Below, in pieces: positions 1 to 11,109 of a DNA stretch of 64,000 nt (position 1 is its first letter; each line of letters begins with the position of its first letter). Source of the stretch: Eledone cirrhosa. Lineage: Eukaryota. The stretch is taken from positions 118,978,001-119,042,000 of the forward strand of contig OZ024741.1 in NCBI GenBank assembly GCA_964016885.1, read 5' to 3'. The notes beneath the pieces were generated by a model. That model saw nothing but the letters and a program-made list of their open reading frames with translations. It was not told the DNA's origin and made no database searches. Both the position numbers and the translations under genes were made by a program.

Positions 1-97
1 TTTGGTAACTATTTTTATAAATCTCTTATCTAAGGAAATAGAAACGGATTTTATGTGTGTTAGCTGTAGAAAAGAATTCTTTTGCGTTTTAAATTGT

Positions 98-130
98 ACT
101 AGCAGATTTACCCGGCGTTGCCCGGGGTTT
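98..130 (+). mobile_element. Possible Helitron/Helentron-type terminus (ACTAGCAG...CCCGGCGTTGCCCGGG hairpin)
   Basis: TACTAGCAGATTTACCCGGCGTTGCCCGGGGT; CCCGG/CCGGG inverted arms just after ACTAG resemble non-autonomous rolling-circle element ends. No other end identified. Confidence 0.3.
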
Positions 131-348
131 GAAATTAAATAGTAAAAATTAAATAGTAAAAATAATAAAAAATCTCTAGAGTCTAAAGCAGCTGCTATAT
201 TTTTAGCTGGTATTGCGTTTTCGGCTAATGCTCTATATAATTTACTGGGGTGGGTGTACTGAGGCTACAAAAGCCCGATGGGCTGCCTCGGCGTAGGCGA
301 AAGAGGAAAAGGAAAAGGATGAGGAGAGGGAGGAAGTGATAAGAAGAG

Positions 349-403
349 ATAAAGAGAAAAAGAAAAGAAAAAGAAAAAGAAAAAGAAAAAGAAAAAGAAA
401 AGA
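349..403. repeat. (GAAAAA)n purine microsatellite
   Basis: Tandem AAAAAG units read directly. Confidence 0.9.
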
Positions 404-519
404 AGTACATCTACCTATGTATGCTGGGGTTTCCCCTATGTTTGGTAAGTCGGGAAAAGAAGGATGTTGCAGCCATTGTATACCCACCCGGGTCATGAGG
501 GGGTTTGAGGGCGAGGTAA

Positions 520-1036
520 GACCTACGCAATCGGTGTTTACATGCAGTTACAAGTTCGTATTTTTTGTTTAGGAGTTAGTCCTTCGTAAACAGCATTTGT
601 AATGTTTCCTCCGAGCATAGGTTACACGGACGGCGTCCTCCCGTGTAGGAGTTAGCCCTGGACAGTAATCTCCAAGTAAGAATGTATGTTATGTTGTTAT
701 CTTGGAGGTCCCGGATGTGGCCCGAAAGTGTAGTGGCATGTCGCTGGGCCGGGTTTCTGAACGTATGTCGGTGTTGGTAGAGCCAGGTCTTGAAATCATA
801 AGCGGTTATTTCTATATAGGCTTTGTTGGAGATTTCCGTACTCGCGTTGCATTGGTAGATCACGTTACGTTCTCGGCACCTGTTGTTGAGGGGGCACGTA
901 GATCTATCAGAGCAGTTACACATCCTGGCCGGCTCTCCACTAATGTCTAGGTTGTTTCTTCCATAGGTTTTTTTTATTGTTGTTTGAGTAGGCTATGTTT
1001 TGTGCGAAGTTGGGTGTGGTGCTGTAGGAGAGTTTG
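520..1036 (-). pseudogene. Penelope-like element GIY-YIG endonuclease fragment (Naiad-like), 5'-truncated at an (AT)n tract
   Basis: Minus strand: [10 protein letters not shown]... (stop) ...CNCSDRSTCPLNNRC (CxCx5C linker), NVIY...AYIEITAYDFK..L.QH..TF (degenerate GIY-YIG), TTLSGHI, CNLCSEE, then past the TAA at 576-578 LLNKKYELVTACKHR. In-frame stops indicate a dead copy. Clade assignment is inferred from the linker motif. Confidence 0.85.
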
Positions 1037-1203
<167 letters not shown>

Positions 1204-1601
1204 CACAAACCTATATATACTCACAGACATGAATGAAAACTAATATGTGTCAAAGCCGTGTTATTATTGGCCATTGTATACATAGAAAACAAACTATGTT
1301 GCAGCCATGAGTGATTCTCTACCAAATTAGCCATTTAATTAGTTGATAAGCTTACTTTGCTAAAGAGAATTCCGTTCAGTTAATTTCCACACTAATTAAA
1401 AGTCTCCTATCTTTGTAAGTGTTAACCAATTTGCGCCTGAATGCAAAATTGTTATACTAAAATACTATCCTACAATGTAATAAAACTGGCTAATTTAGCC
1501 ACACAACTCCTCCCCTCGCTCCACATCCTTAAGTACACCCATTCGTTCGACCACCCACCTTATCTTTTCTCTTATTTATCTATCTAGCTTTAGATAGACT
1601 G

Positions 1602-1822
<221 letters not shown>

Positions 1823-1849
1823 AACGATATATATGGAGATATAAAAGAT

Positions 1850-1942
1850 ACAGGACCGGAAACCAACCCAAACCAAACAATGAGTGTGTTCTGTTATTTC
1901 TGGCAATATTATAACAATATGACCCTCCCCAAGTATAACAAT
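1850..1942 (+). mobile_element. Fragment related to the 3' terminus of the Penelope-like element at 7133-8916 (opposite orientation)
   Basis: ATGACCCTCCCCAAGTATAACAAT (~1919-1942) is near reverse complement of ATTGTTATACTTTGGGAGGGTCAT (~7133-7156); flanked by (AT)n. Confidence 0.55.
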
Positions 1943-1992
1943 ATATATATATATATTATGGTCCATCTGGTTCCTTACCACATTTACTTCGT

Positions 1993-2020
<28 letters not shown>

Positions 2021-2023
<3 letters not shown>

Positions 2024-2290
2024 TCATCATCATCATCATCACCGTTTTACGTCCGTTCTTCCACGCTAGCATGGGTTAGACGGGTTGTCCTGTTGTGGGC
2101 AGTGTCTGGTCGGCTGACCATGCCTTGCTCATACAGGAACTGATCTGGCTTGATTTCTACAGCTGGATGCCCTTCCTAACACCAACCTCATTTACAGTGA
2201 GTGCTGGGTGCTTTTTCGTGGCGCCTACACGTCCACTTTACAGTGTGGGCTGGGTGCTTTTTTGCCGTGGCACCTCCACGACCACCTTGC
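2021..2290 (-). mobile_element. RTE-type LINE/SINE 3' end with (TGA)n tail
   Basis: (TCA)n followed by CCGTTTTACGTCCGTTCTTCCACGCTAGCATGGGTTAGACG...CTGGATGCCCTTCCTAACACCAACC, which I recognise as a common octopod retroposon 3' end; contains a short internal duplication (ACAGTG..TG.TGGGTGCTTTTT). Confidence 0.65.
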
Positions 2291-2369
2291 GGTGGGGGGG
2301 GGGGGCATATTGTTTATATGCTTCAGCATGTACCCATGGGAGGTCGGGTACCCTGTATTACTGCGTGAC

Positions 2370-2414
<45 letters not shown>

Positions 2415-2469
2415 GTATATATATGTATGTATGTATATATATGTATGTATGTATATATATATATGTATG

Positions 2470-2526
<57 letters not shown>

Positions 2527-2532
<6 letters not shown>

Positions 2533-2739
2533 TAAAAAAACGAAAAATCAGTGATGCATCTGGACTCAGTTTATTGCGTGTTACAATTGTTTCGCCGGCA
2601 GGTAGCTCGAGACATGATCACTGTATGGATCTGGCTGATTCTACGGCTGCAGGTTCCTTCGAACACAGGCAATTCGTTCGGAGCAAATCTTCTCAGTGAG
2701 TCCAGATGCATCACTGATTTTTCGATTTTTTAATACTAT
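2527..2739 (-). mobile_element. Short insertion with long inverted arms enclosing a degenerate hammerhead-like motif
   Basis: Perfect 28-bp inverted repeat 2541-2568 / 2697-2724, extendable with mismatches. Minus strand inside: GTGT-TCGAAGGA-ACCTGCAG...CTGCCGGC-GAAA-CAATTG-TA-ACAC. Confidence 0.5.
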
Positions 2740-3174
2740 TCACATTCTGCTCTGTATGAATATTGAGTGCTAATTTTGGCATACCGCCTATGGAAGCACC
2801 ATAGCTACCATTATACACACGTATATATATATATATACACAAACGCATACATAGATACATATACGTACATATATGCGTATACACTTAGCTAAAACTGTTA
2901 ATTACCATAACTTAAACTCAACCACATCAACACCAAACCAACACTATCCACCGACTCAAACGAACGTAATCGATAGATTCACACTGAAACCTACCCACCA
3001 GATACATACCACACTAGACTTAAAGTAAAACCAATCACAACTTTTTACACCATCCCAAAACACTTCCAGCATAACAACAACCAAACGTACATCAATTACT
3101 AGTACGGGGCGACAGACGTCATCCTACAGCAGCCGTCGTAATACGGAGGGTTTATATATTACTGTGTGTGTGTG

Positions 3175-3227
<53 letters not shown>

Positions 3228-3408
3228 GTGTGTGTTAACAGGTTGACGTATTTTTGCATTACATTTGGTTTCGTATACCAATTATAGATGTACCTGAACC
3301 CCCCCCCCCCCCCCCCCCACACACACACCAAAAAAAACGACAACGGCAAAAACCACAGTAAGTAAGGTACTCAATACATAGCAGAGTATAAATGTTTTAA
3401 TATAGAAG

Positions 3409-3459
3409 AGCTTCTACAGGACTAGAACTGTTTCATCCGTGAGAAATCATCAGGAAGCT
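3409..3459 (-). ncRNA. Type I hammerhead ribozyme motif (mirror copy)
   Basis: Reverse-complement copy of 3456-3506 with one stem II change (GGAT for GAAT, giving a G.U pair). Confidence 0.7.
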
Positions 3460-3506
3460 TCCTGATGATTTCTCACGAATGAAACAGTTCTAGTCCTGTA
3501 GAAGCT
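3456..3506 (+). ncRNA. Type I hammerhead ribozyme motif
   Basis: AGCTTC-CTGATGA-TTTC tcac GAAT-GAAA-CAG ttctagtc CTG-TA|GAAGCT: stem I 6 bp, canonical core, stem II 3 bp plus U.U, stem III 3 bp, GUA cleavage triplet (cut after 3500). Confidence 0.75.
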
Positions 3507-3507
3507 C

Positions 3508-3583
<76 letters not shown>

Positions 3584-3729
3584 TATATTATATTTTGTGC
3601 TGATAGCCTATTTTTTCACCCGTTTGTATACAATTATATATATATACAGGGTGAACCCAAAATGTATACATACTTCATAAATATGACCTGTACAGGTAAT
3701 CAGCGTGTATACATCTTTGGGGGACATCC

Positions 3730-3763
<34 letters not shown>

Positions 3764-4477
3764 GTTGGGTGTGTAGATGTATGTGTGTAGGGGGTGTATG
3801 TGTTTGTGTGTGCGGGTGTAGATGTATGTGTGTGTGTGGGTGTGTGGGGTGTGTGGGTGTGGGTGTGAATGTGTGTGTAGATATATATGCATGTGGGAGG
3901 TGGAAGTGTGCGTGTGCGTATCTGTATGTATGTGTGTGTGTGTGTGTGTGTAGATATATGTATATGCATGTGGGGGTGTATGTGTGGATGTGTGTATGTG
4001 TGTGTGTGTGTGTGCATGTGTGTGTAGATATATATATGTATGTGGGGTGTATGTGTGTATGTATGTGTATGTGTGTATGTATGTGTGCATGTGAGTGTGT
4101 GTATGTGAGTGTGTGAGTACATTCGTAGTTTCTATCGTTTGGTTTATATTCCCAGTTGTTCTCTTGGATGACGGTTTTACTGAATGTTTTATAAACAGAT
4201 CTAAAATATACATCTACACTCGTGTCTGTCTGTGTGTGTGTGTGTGTGCGTGTGTGTATATGTGGGTGTGTGAGTGTGTGTGCGTGTGCGTGTGCGTGTG
4301 TGTATATGTGGGTGTGTGAGTGTGTGTGTGTGCGTGTGCGTGTGTTTATATGTGGGTGTGTGAGTGTGTGTGCGTGTGCGTGTGCGTGTGCGTGTGCGTG
4401 TGTGTGTATGTGGGTGTGTGAGTGTGTGTGTGTGTGTGTGTGTTTGTGTGTATGTGTGTGTGTGTGTGTGTGTGTGT
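3730..4477. repeat. Degenerate (GT)n-rich microsatellite field
   Basis: GT/GTAT/GCGT repeats with a short unique spacer at ~4118-4220. Confidence 0.9.
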
Positions 4478-4652
4478 AATTATCTGTGTATGTATTTAAG
4501 GTATTTAGTTGATTGAATCGATCTCAGTATTTGTTCTTTCCATGTTTGGTACTTATTTTATCGATCATTATTTGTCGAATTGCTAATATACGGGGGGACA
4601 TAAACAAACAGTAAACGAAAAAAAACACATGGACGTACACTTACACTGCTCG

Positions 4653-4745
<93 letters not shown>

Positions 4746-5551
4746 CAATACAAAGTTTTAAAACTATCAAATTTTAGTTCAGAACATTTATTAGCTGACA
4801 ATTGTTTCTGCCAGAGGGAAGTCTGGAATCATCGGAGCATAAGGAATGTTAAACTGTGTAACTAGAATCCTAGTCATTTAGAACATTTAGGGTACATAAT
4901 TGTTATTAGTGTCAAAGGCATCATGTGTAGAGTCAGGAGTCAAAAAGATGTTCCACTTGAAATAACACAATTACAGGCAGCACTGTTTGAAAGTGTAATA
5001 GGTATAAGTAAAAGCAAAACGCACAAGCAAAAAAAAACACAGGCAAAGATGTTATTAGCAAGGACAATTGGTGTACAATGCAGGAGTCAATACAGTCAAT
5101 AATGCATGTATGAGGAAAAAGTTATAATGCAGTTGAAATAAACATATTTTGTGTGGGGTGCTAAAGCATGTTATATTTGTTATAAATGTTTAAGATAGTG
5201 TGCAATTTGTTAGAGAGGCGTGTGGTGATAATGTAGGTATTTTTTATGTAAGGTGTAATGTAAAGCACTAGATAGAGTTGGGTATGTGATTTTCATTTAA
5301 GTGTTTTTGTGTTGTATTTCGTATTTATGTGCATGTGTTGTTTGTTACTCACAGCTATTAACCATGGGATTATTGTAAGTCGTTTATAGTCAATAGGTGT
5401 TTGTTTGTTAAATGTAAATTCCTCCGAATTACTGGCCCTGTTGTTATTGTAGGTATATTATCTTATGCATTTTTTATCAGCAAATTATTTTTTCTAGGGT
5501 TTGTATTAACCGTTATTAAGCTGTTGGTAAACCGTTAGGTTGCTTATAAAA

Positions 5552-5712
5552 TTCAGGACCCCGACAGCTGAGCTCCGGCCGTTTCGACAGCTAGATCCGA
5601 AACGGCCGGAGCTCAGCCGTCGTCTCCTGAACTTTTTCCTATTAACCACTCTACTACACCAAGTATCGAGTACTCTGGTGTGTTATGGTCCACCTGGATT
5701 TTTACCACACCC
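5552..5712 (+). mobile_element. pLTR-like fold-back insertion (family A), 3' half of a hammerhead with 5' inverted duplication
   Basis: Arms TTCAGGA..GACAGCTGAGCTCCGGCCGTTTCG / CGAAACGGCCGGAGCTCAGCCGTC..TCCTGAA (5552-5631); downstream tail homologous to 63016-63100 (reverse) and 1957-1982. Confidence 0.65.
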
Positions 5713-5904
5713 TATCTGATACACACACACATATATATATATATATTTATATGTATTAAAATATTGATTAATACGTGAAGTAATTAATCAATTAATCAGA
5801 TCTTACACCATTGCGCCTGTATAATTCATACAAACACGAATAATGTCGATTTGTCTAGACAATATCTTACCTTTGAATCTTTACACACATCACACACACA
5901 CATC

Positions 5905-5958
<54 letters not shown>

Positions 5959-6385
5959 GATGGTCTTAGCCATTTTGAATTCGTTTCTGGCGGGGATCAT
6001 TTAAGAAAAATCTTTGTCCAAGTGAGTTTGTTTCCTGATGAGTTCGAAGCTCGAGAATTTCTGAAAGCAAACGACACCCTAAGGGTAGAAACGAAATCCT
6101 GGTATGTGTATATGCATTTTTTCTTCTAACTTTAATTTTATACCTAATTGTGTATAGTTGACGGTATATTTAATCGATTTCCACGTGCTATTGAAATGTT
6201 GGGTAAATATTCTATAGCGGTTGATCGCGAATAGATTGCTGTCGTTTATTTATCTACTATTTCTTCATAGGTGCCTTTTAATCTTATAGCCTGGTTTAAT
6301 TGTATTTTGTGTGGTTGATTATGCTAATTGGGAGAGGAAATGGTGTATATATATTATCAAATGAATCTATGGACATACTTTATAG

Positions 6386-6451
<66 letters not shown>

Positions 6452-6475
6452 TGTGTGTGGGTGGGTGTGCGTGTG

Positions 6476-6576
<101 letters not shown>

Positions 6577-6614
6577 TTGTGCGTGTGTGTGTGTGTATGT
6601 ATATCGGATTCAAT

Positions 6615-6739
6615 AAATAAGGTATTCAATACGTAGCAGAGTATAAATATTTAATATAAAGTGGCTTCTACAGGACTAGAACTGATGATTTCCTTCGAAT
6701 GAAACAGTTCTAGTCCTGTAGAAGCCACTTCTATATTAA

Positions 6740-6745
<6 letters not shown>
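6615..6745. mobile_element. Second family B pLTR-like fold-back insertion with hammerhead core lacking its 5' stem I strand
   Basis: CTGATGA (6682-6688) TTTC cttc GAAT GAAA CAG ttctagtc CTG TA GAAGCC; inverted arms 6651-6684 / 6705-6739 joined at a CTG microhomology. Confidence 0.7.
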
Positions 6746-6811
<66 letters not shown>

Positions 6812-6950
6812 CCATCGTCTCAGTGTGTATGACCATTTTAACTTATGTTTATAGCTCTGGTATCTTCATATCCATGGAGCGCTTGTCTGCACAATACAGA
6901 AGTTACGTTTCGCTAATTTCTACGCGCCGAAATGCGATTCTCGCTAAATT

Positions 6951-6981
<31 letters not shown>

Positions 6982-7004
6982 TTTTTGACTGCATGCCCAT
7001 ATAT

Positions 7005-7109
7005 GGACTGTACCCCTTGATGAGTTCAGTTAGATTCCCGCCGTTCTAATACTGCCGGCTTAGTTCGAATCTAGCTGTTGAAACGGCCGGGGTTCAGCCG
7101 TCCGGGTCC
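7005..7109 (+). ncRNA. Degenerate type I hammerhead (family A) with long stem II
   Basis: ACCCC-TTGATGA-G..CAGTTAGATTC...GAATCTAGCTG.T-GAAA-CGGC..GCCG-TC|CGGGT; C3>U core change and a stem I mismatch suggest decay. Confidence 0.6.
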
Positions 7110-7277
7110 TGACTCTTTTCCTATATATATATATTGTTATACTTTGGGAGGGTCATGTTGCCAATAAGAAACACACGCACCAGTTGCTTTCACTCCAATT
7201 TATTATAAATTAAATTATAAATTAAAAAATTTCCGGTTGGTTGGTTGGTTCCACAACCGGACGGTTGTTCATATATT

Positions 7278-7320
7278 GTCAAAGTTCTTTCGTCACACCT
7301 TATGTGACCTCTTCAGTGAC
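7278..7320 (-). ncRNA. Minimal type I hammerhead ribozyme in the element's 3' pLTR
   Basis: Minus strand GTCA-CTGAAGA-G-GTCACA taagg TGTGAC-GAAA-G aa C-TT|TGAC; same sense as the ORF, ~200 bp downstream of its stop. Confidence 0.75.
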
Positions 7321-7517
7321 TGGGATTCTTTTCTTTGTTTTGTGCCTCTCCTTTGTTCTGTCCTACGCCATATTGTTTTTGTGTGTGTTGTGTTCTTAGT
7401 TTGCGCATGTGTTACATCCGGGTGTCTGTGTGTGTTTTTATTTGTTTATTTATTTGTTTATTTACATGTTACTAGTTGGTTGTTTGTTCTATGTGTGTGT
7501 GTGTTTTCATTTTGTCC

Positions 7518-8911
7518 TTAATTGTAAGTTGTGATGTTGCTATTCCATTCATGTTTTCTATTTAATTTTGGTTGGAGTTCATTTATGTTTATTGCCTCTG
7601 TGATTTGTCTAAACATTGCGTCTTTTCTGTGTGCAGATTTTATTTTTATTTCTATGTTCTCTAATTTGCCCTTATGTTCTATTTTAGCATGTTGGGGGGA
7701 GTACAGATGATTCTTTTCTATCTTGAAGCTCTTGCCAGTGTTCATTTAATCGTTCTCCTATACTACGAGCTGTCTCACCTATGTACACTATGTTCTTATC
7801 TTTACACTGTCCTTCAGTACATATTATGCTATATACTATGTTTCTAGTTTTGCAGTTAATATGGGGGCTTAGTTTTCAGATTATGCATTTCTTATCTATA
7901 CAGGGAGTTCTTTGAAAAGGGTATGTATTACTAATAAGTGTTTTTATGGAGGTACCTGTTCTTTCTACTATCTTAATATTTAGTTTAAGTTTATCTAGGG
8001 CCCTTCTAAATTTGTAAGCTAGTTCACCTCTAGGGGTTGTATTGATGAACATTACACTCTGGTATTTATTGCTATCATACCATGAGTTTATTCTATTAAC
8101 CTTATTCCTAGTTCTTTCTATTCTATTCCAAAATTTGCTCCTATACAAGGGGCAGGCCCCTATTTGTATCATTATTTACCATTTTTTCCAATTTGGTTCT
8201 GGCTCCTCTATATATTCTGATTTTATCTCTCTGGTTGTAACCAGAGAACTGCATACGGTGGATGAAGTGTTGTATGTGTCTCTCTAGTTCTTCGGGGTTG
8301 CATATGCGGGACACGTTTCTCATCACCCGTACTAAATCCGCAATCAGTATGTTGATTTTGGTGTGATCAGATATTTGGAAGTCATGGGTTTGGCATAATG
8401 GGAATGGGGGATTTGTATTTTGTTATTAATTGTTTCTACTTTAGGCACAAGGCCAGCCTTTAACCAGTACATTACTGGTACTTTATTTTATCGACCCCGT
8501 AAGGATGAAAGGCAAAGTTAACCTCGGCGGGATTTATGGTTTCTAACCAGAGCTCTGTGTCTAGTACAGGTAATCGATGGTTGGGGTGTTTGCTTGGGTA
8601 GTCTATAGTAACTTTAATACTCTGGTGGATGGAGTTAGCTATTTGCTGGATGCTTTCCATGATATTTTACTCTAATTCCTGACTGTTCTCTAGTGGGGGT
8701 GTTTTTACTACGATCTTTATATCATCAACGTGGCGGGAGTACATTATCAGGGTTAAGAGGTTGCTGTCTTCTAATTGTTCTTTAAGTTTATTGTCCCACC
8801 ATACCATGAATAGGTTAGCTATGTCACCTGCAATGTTAACACCAATGGCTGCTCCCTCCTCTTTGGCATATGTTTTTCCATTAAATTTAAACATATGTTC
8901 CTTAAGGGTTA

Positions 8912-8916
<5 letters not shown>
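7518..8916 (-). pseudogene. Penelope-like reverse transcriptase + GIY-YIG endonuclease pseudogene
   Basis: FKFNGKTY..EEGAAIG..IAGDIANLFM, YSRHVDDI (catalytic), IKVTIDYP..RLPVLD, LVRVMRNVS..RMQFSGY, FINTTPRGELA..KIVERTG, CIDKKCII*, then CKTRNIVYSIIC..C..VYIGETARSIGERLNEH, RQITEAINI..PKLNRKHEW; frameshifts and a SINE insertion at 8431-8535. Confidence 0.92.
8431..8535 (-). mobile_element. tRNA-derived SINE 3' fragment interrupting the RT
   Basis: GGTACTTTATTTTATCGACCCCGTAAGGATGAAAGGCAAAGTTAACCTCGGCGGGATTT, reverse complement of the core at 9598-9660 and 58628-58686. Confidence 0.85.
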
Positions 8917-8954
<38 letters not shown>

Positions 8955-8969
8955 GATGAGCGCATAGAT

Positions 8970-9137
8970 TCCGTCTAACAAATTTAAATTTCACGCACAA
9001 GGCGTTGGTCAACCTGAGTCTACACACACACACACACAAGCTGGGATTTGAACTCTTCATGTAGGCATCGAAACAAAAACAAAAAACAAAAAACAAAAAA
9101 CCTCGGATTAATTAGACACTAGCGACTCAGCCACCCC
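8970..9137 (-). mobile_element. Degenerate second SINE family fragment
   Basis: TTCCGTCTAACAAAT..CACAAGGCGTTGGTC..GGGATTTGAACTC (reverse B box)..CTCAGCCACC (reverse A-box-like). Confidence 0.4.
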
Positions 9138-9280
9138 CGACTAGCATTGGTACCAGTTATACTCTCCTGTCATCCAGTAAAGATTATATATATAATGACT
9201 TGGTGTGTCAATCATGTGACTAACTACAGAAAGAAGACGTCAATATTAATCAGTAGTATTAATAGCGGTATTAATATGTC

Positions 9281-9500
9281 AGTGGATTGGCAGAATCAAT
9301 AGAGCATCGGACAACAGGCTTTGCGGTATATAGTTACGTTGATTTATGTTCTGAGTTCAAATCCCGTCGAGGTTAACTTTGTCTTTAATCCTTACAGGGT
9401 CGATAAAATAAAGTACCAGTAACGCACTGGGGTCGATTTAATAAACTTCTCCCTCCTCCCCAAATTGTTGGCCATGTACCTAAATCAGAAATCATTATTG
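9281..9500 (+). mobile_element. tRNA-derived SINE (octopod family with Nin-like central domain), full length
   Basis: A-box-like TGGCAGAATCAATAG, B box GAGTTCAAATCCC, core GGTTAACTTTGTCTTTAATCCTTACAGGGTCGATAAAATAAAGTACCAG, ATT-type tail. Confidence 0.85.
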
Positions 9501-9515
9501 ATAATGGTATTGAGA

Positions 9516-9737
9516 GTGGTGGATTTGCAGAATCGGTAGAGCATCGAATAACGTACTTTGCGTCATATAGTTACGTCCATTTATGTTCTGAGTTCAAATC
9601 CCGCCAAGGTTAGCTTTACCTTTCATCCTTACGGGGTCAATAAAATAAGGTACCAGTAAAATACTGGCGTCGATTTAATCGACTTTACCTTTCTTTTCAA
9701 AATGTCTGGCCTTGTGCTAAAAGTAGAGATAATTATT
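9516..9737 (+). mobile_element. tRNA-derived SINE, tandem second copy
   Basis: TTGCAGAATCGGTAG, GAGTTCAAATCCCGCC, CTTTCATCCTTACGGGGTCAATAAAATAAGGTACCAG. Confidence 0.85.
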
Positions 9738-9869
9738 CAGTGGTGGTAGTAATAGTAGTAGTAATAGTGGTAGTAGAAGTAGTGGTAGTAGGAGGGAGAA
9801 TAGAATAATGAGGTGGGGGGGGGGGGGGAGTAATGCTAATGAAGATTTGGAGATAAAGGTAGTAAAATA

Positions 9870-11020
9870 TCAATAGCAGTAGCAGCAGCAGTGGCAGCAG
9901 TAATACTAGCCAGAATATCAACAGCAACAGCAACAGCAGCAGTAATACCAACACCGGCAGCAGCAATATTAGCAATATCAACAATAGCAAATCAGCTGCG
10001 GTATTTATATCAATATCAGCAACGACATTCGTTAAATAAGCAGCAGCAATATCATCAGCTGCAGCAATAACAGCGACATCAGCAGCAACAGCAGCTGGTA
10101 TAGTAACAGCAGTATCAACAGCTAAACAGCAGCGGTAATATCAACAATACCAACAGCAATGACAGCAGCAGCAGTGGCAACTAGGATATATCAGCAACAA
10201 CAGCAGAAATATGAACAGCAGCAATATGAACAGCAGCAATATCAGCAACAACAGCAGCAACAGCATCACTGGTAACAGCAGCAGCATCACCGATATCGCC
10301 ATCAGCAGCAAAACCAACACCACTGGGAGCGACATCTCCAAGATCACTAGCAGCAACAACAGCAGCAATATCACCAACAGCAGCAGCAAAAGTAGCTGCA
10401 ACAGCAACAGCAACAACAGCAATATCAGTAGCAACGTCAGCAATAGCAGCAACATCACTAACAGCAGAAGCAGCAACAACAGTAGCAGCAACATCACTAA
10501 CAGCAGAAGCAGCAACAACAGTAGCAGCAACATCACCAACAGCAGAAGCAGCAACAACAGTAGCAGCAACATCACCAACAGCAGAAGCAGCAACAGCAGC
10601 AGCAACAGTTGCAGCAACAGCAGCAGCAACAGTTGCAGCAACAGCAGCAACAGCAGCAACAGCAGCAACAGCAGCAACAGCAACAGCAGCAACATCAGTA
10701 GCAACGTCAGCAACAGCAGCACCAACATCAGTAGCAACATCTGCAACAGCAGCAGCAACATCACCGACAACAGCACCAACAACAGCACCAACAGCAGCAC
10801 CAACATCAGTAGCAACATCACCAACAGCAGCAACAACAGCACCAACAGCAGCACCAACATCAGTAGCAACATCACCAATAGCAGCAACAACAGCACCAAC
10901 AGCAGCACCAACATCAGTAGCAACATCACCAACAGCAGCAGCAACAGTACCAACAGCAGCACCAACAGCAGTAGCAACATTAGCAACAGCAGCAACATCA
11001 CCACACTAGCAGCAGCATAG
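9870..11020 (+). repeat. (CAG/CAA)-type cryptic trinucleotide repeat with short sub-repeats
   Basis: AGC/AAC/ATC triplets; several consecutive 39-bp units at ~10446-10600. Confidence 0.9.
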
Positions 11021-11109
11021 TTTTATTTATAAGGCAGTGGTGAAATTAATTCATAAAATATATTGTTGCTGCTGCAGTTGTTGCTGTTGCTGCTGTTATT
11101 GTTACTGCT

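Larger units (their letters stand above)
3352..3515. mobile_element. Penelope pLTR-like fold-back insertion (family B) containing a 116-bp palindrome
   Basis: 3400-3515 is palindromic about AAGCTT (3455-3460) with one mismatch; left arm is homologous to 6621-6684; abuts (AT)n. Confidence 0.75.
7133..8916 (-). mobile_element. Penelope-like retroelement (Neptune-like), 5'-truncated and decayed, inserted in (AT)n
   Basis: RT, linker and GIY-YIG coding remnants followed by an A/C-rich 3' UTR and a hammerhead-bearing terminus; (AT)n on both sides. Confidence 0.9.

Noticed and set aside
4770-5550. Non-repetitive stretch as a host exon or DNA transposon remnant
   Set aside because: No ORF, recognisable motif or terminal repeats that I can support by eye.
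6028-6110. Hammerhead from CTGATGA (6034-6040) to GAAATCCTGGTA
   Set aside because: Stem I cannot be paired and stem III is poor; at most a decayed relic.
9281-9370. tRNA genes (A/B-box-like motifs, also 9516-9605)
   Set aside because: No cloverleaf; the motifs are heads of the multi-copy SINE.
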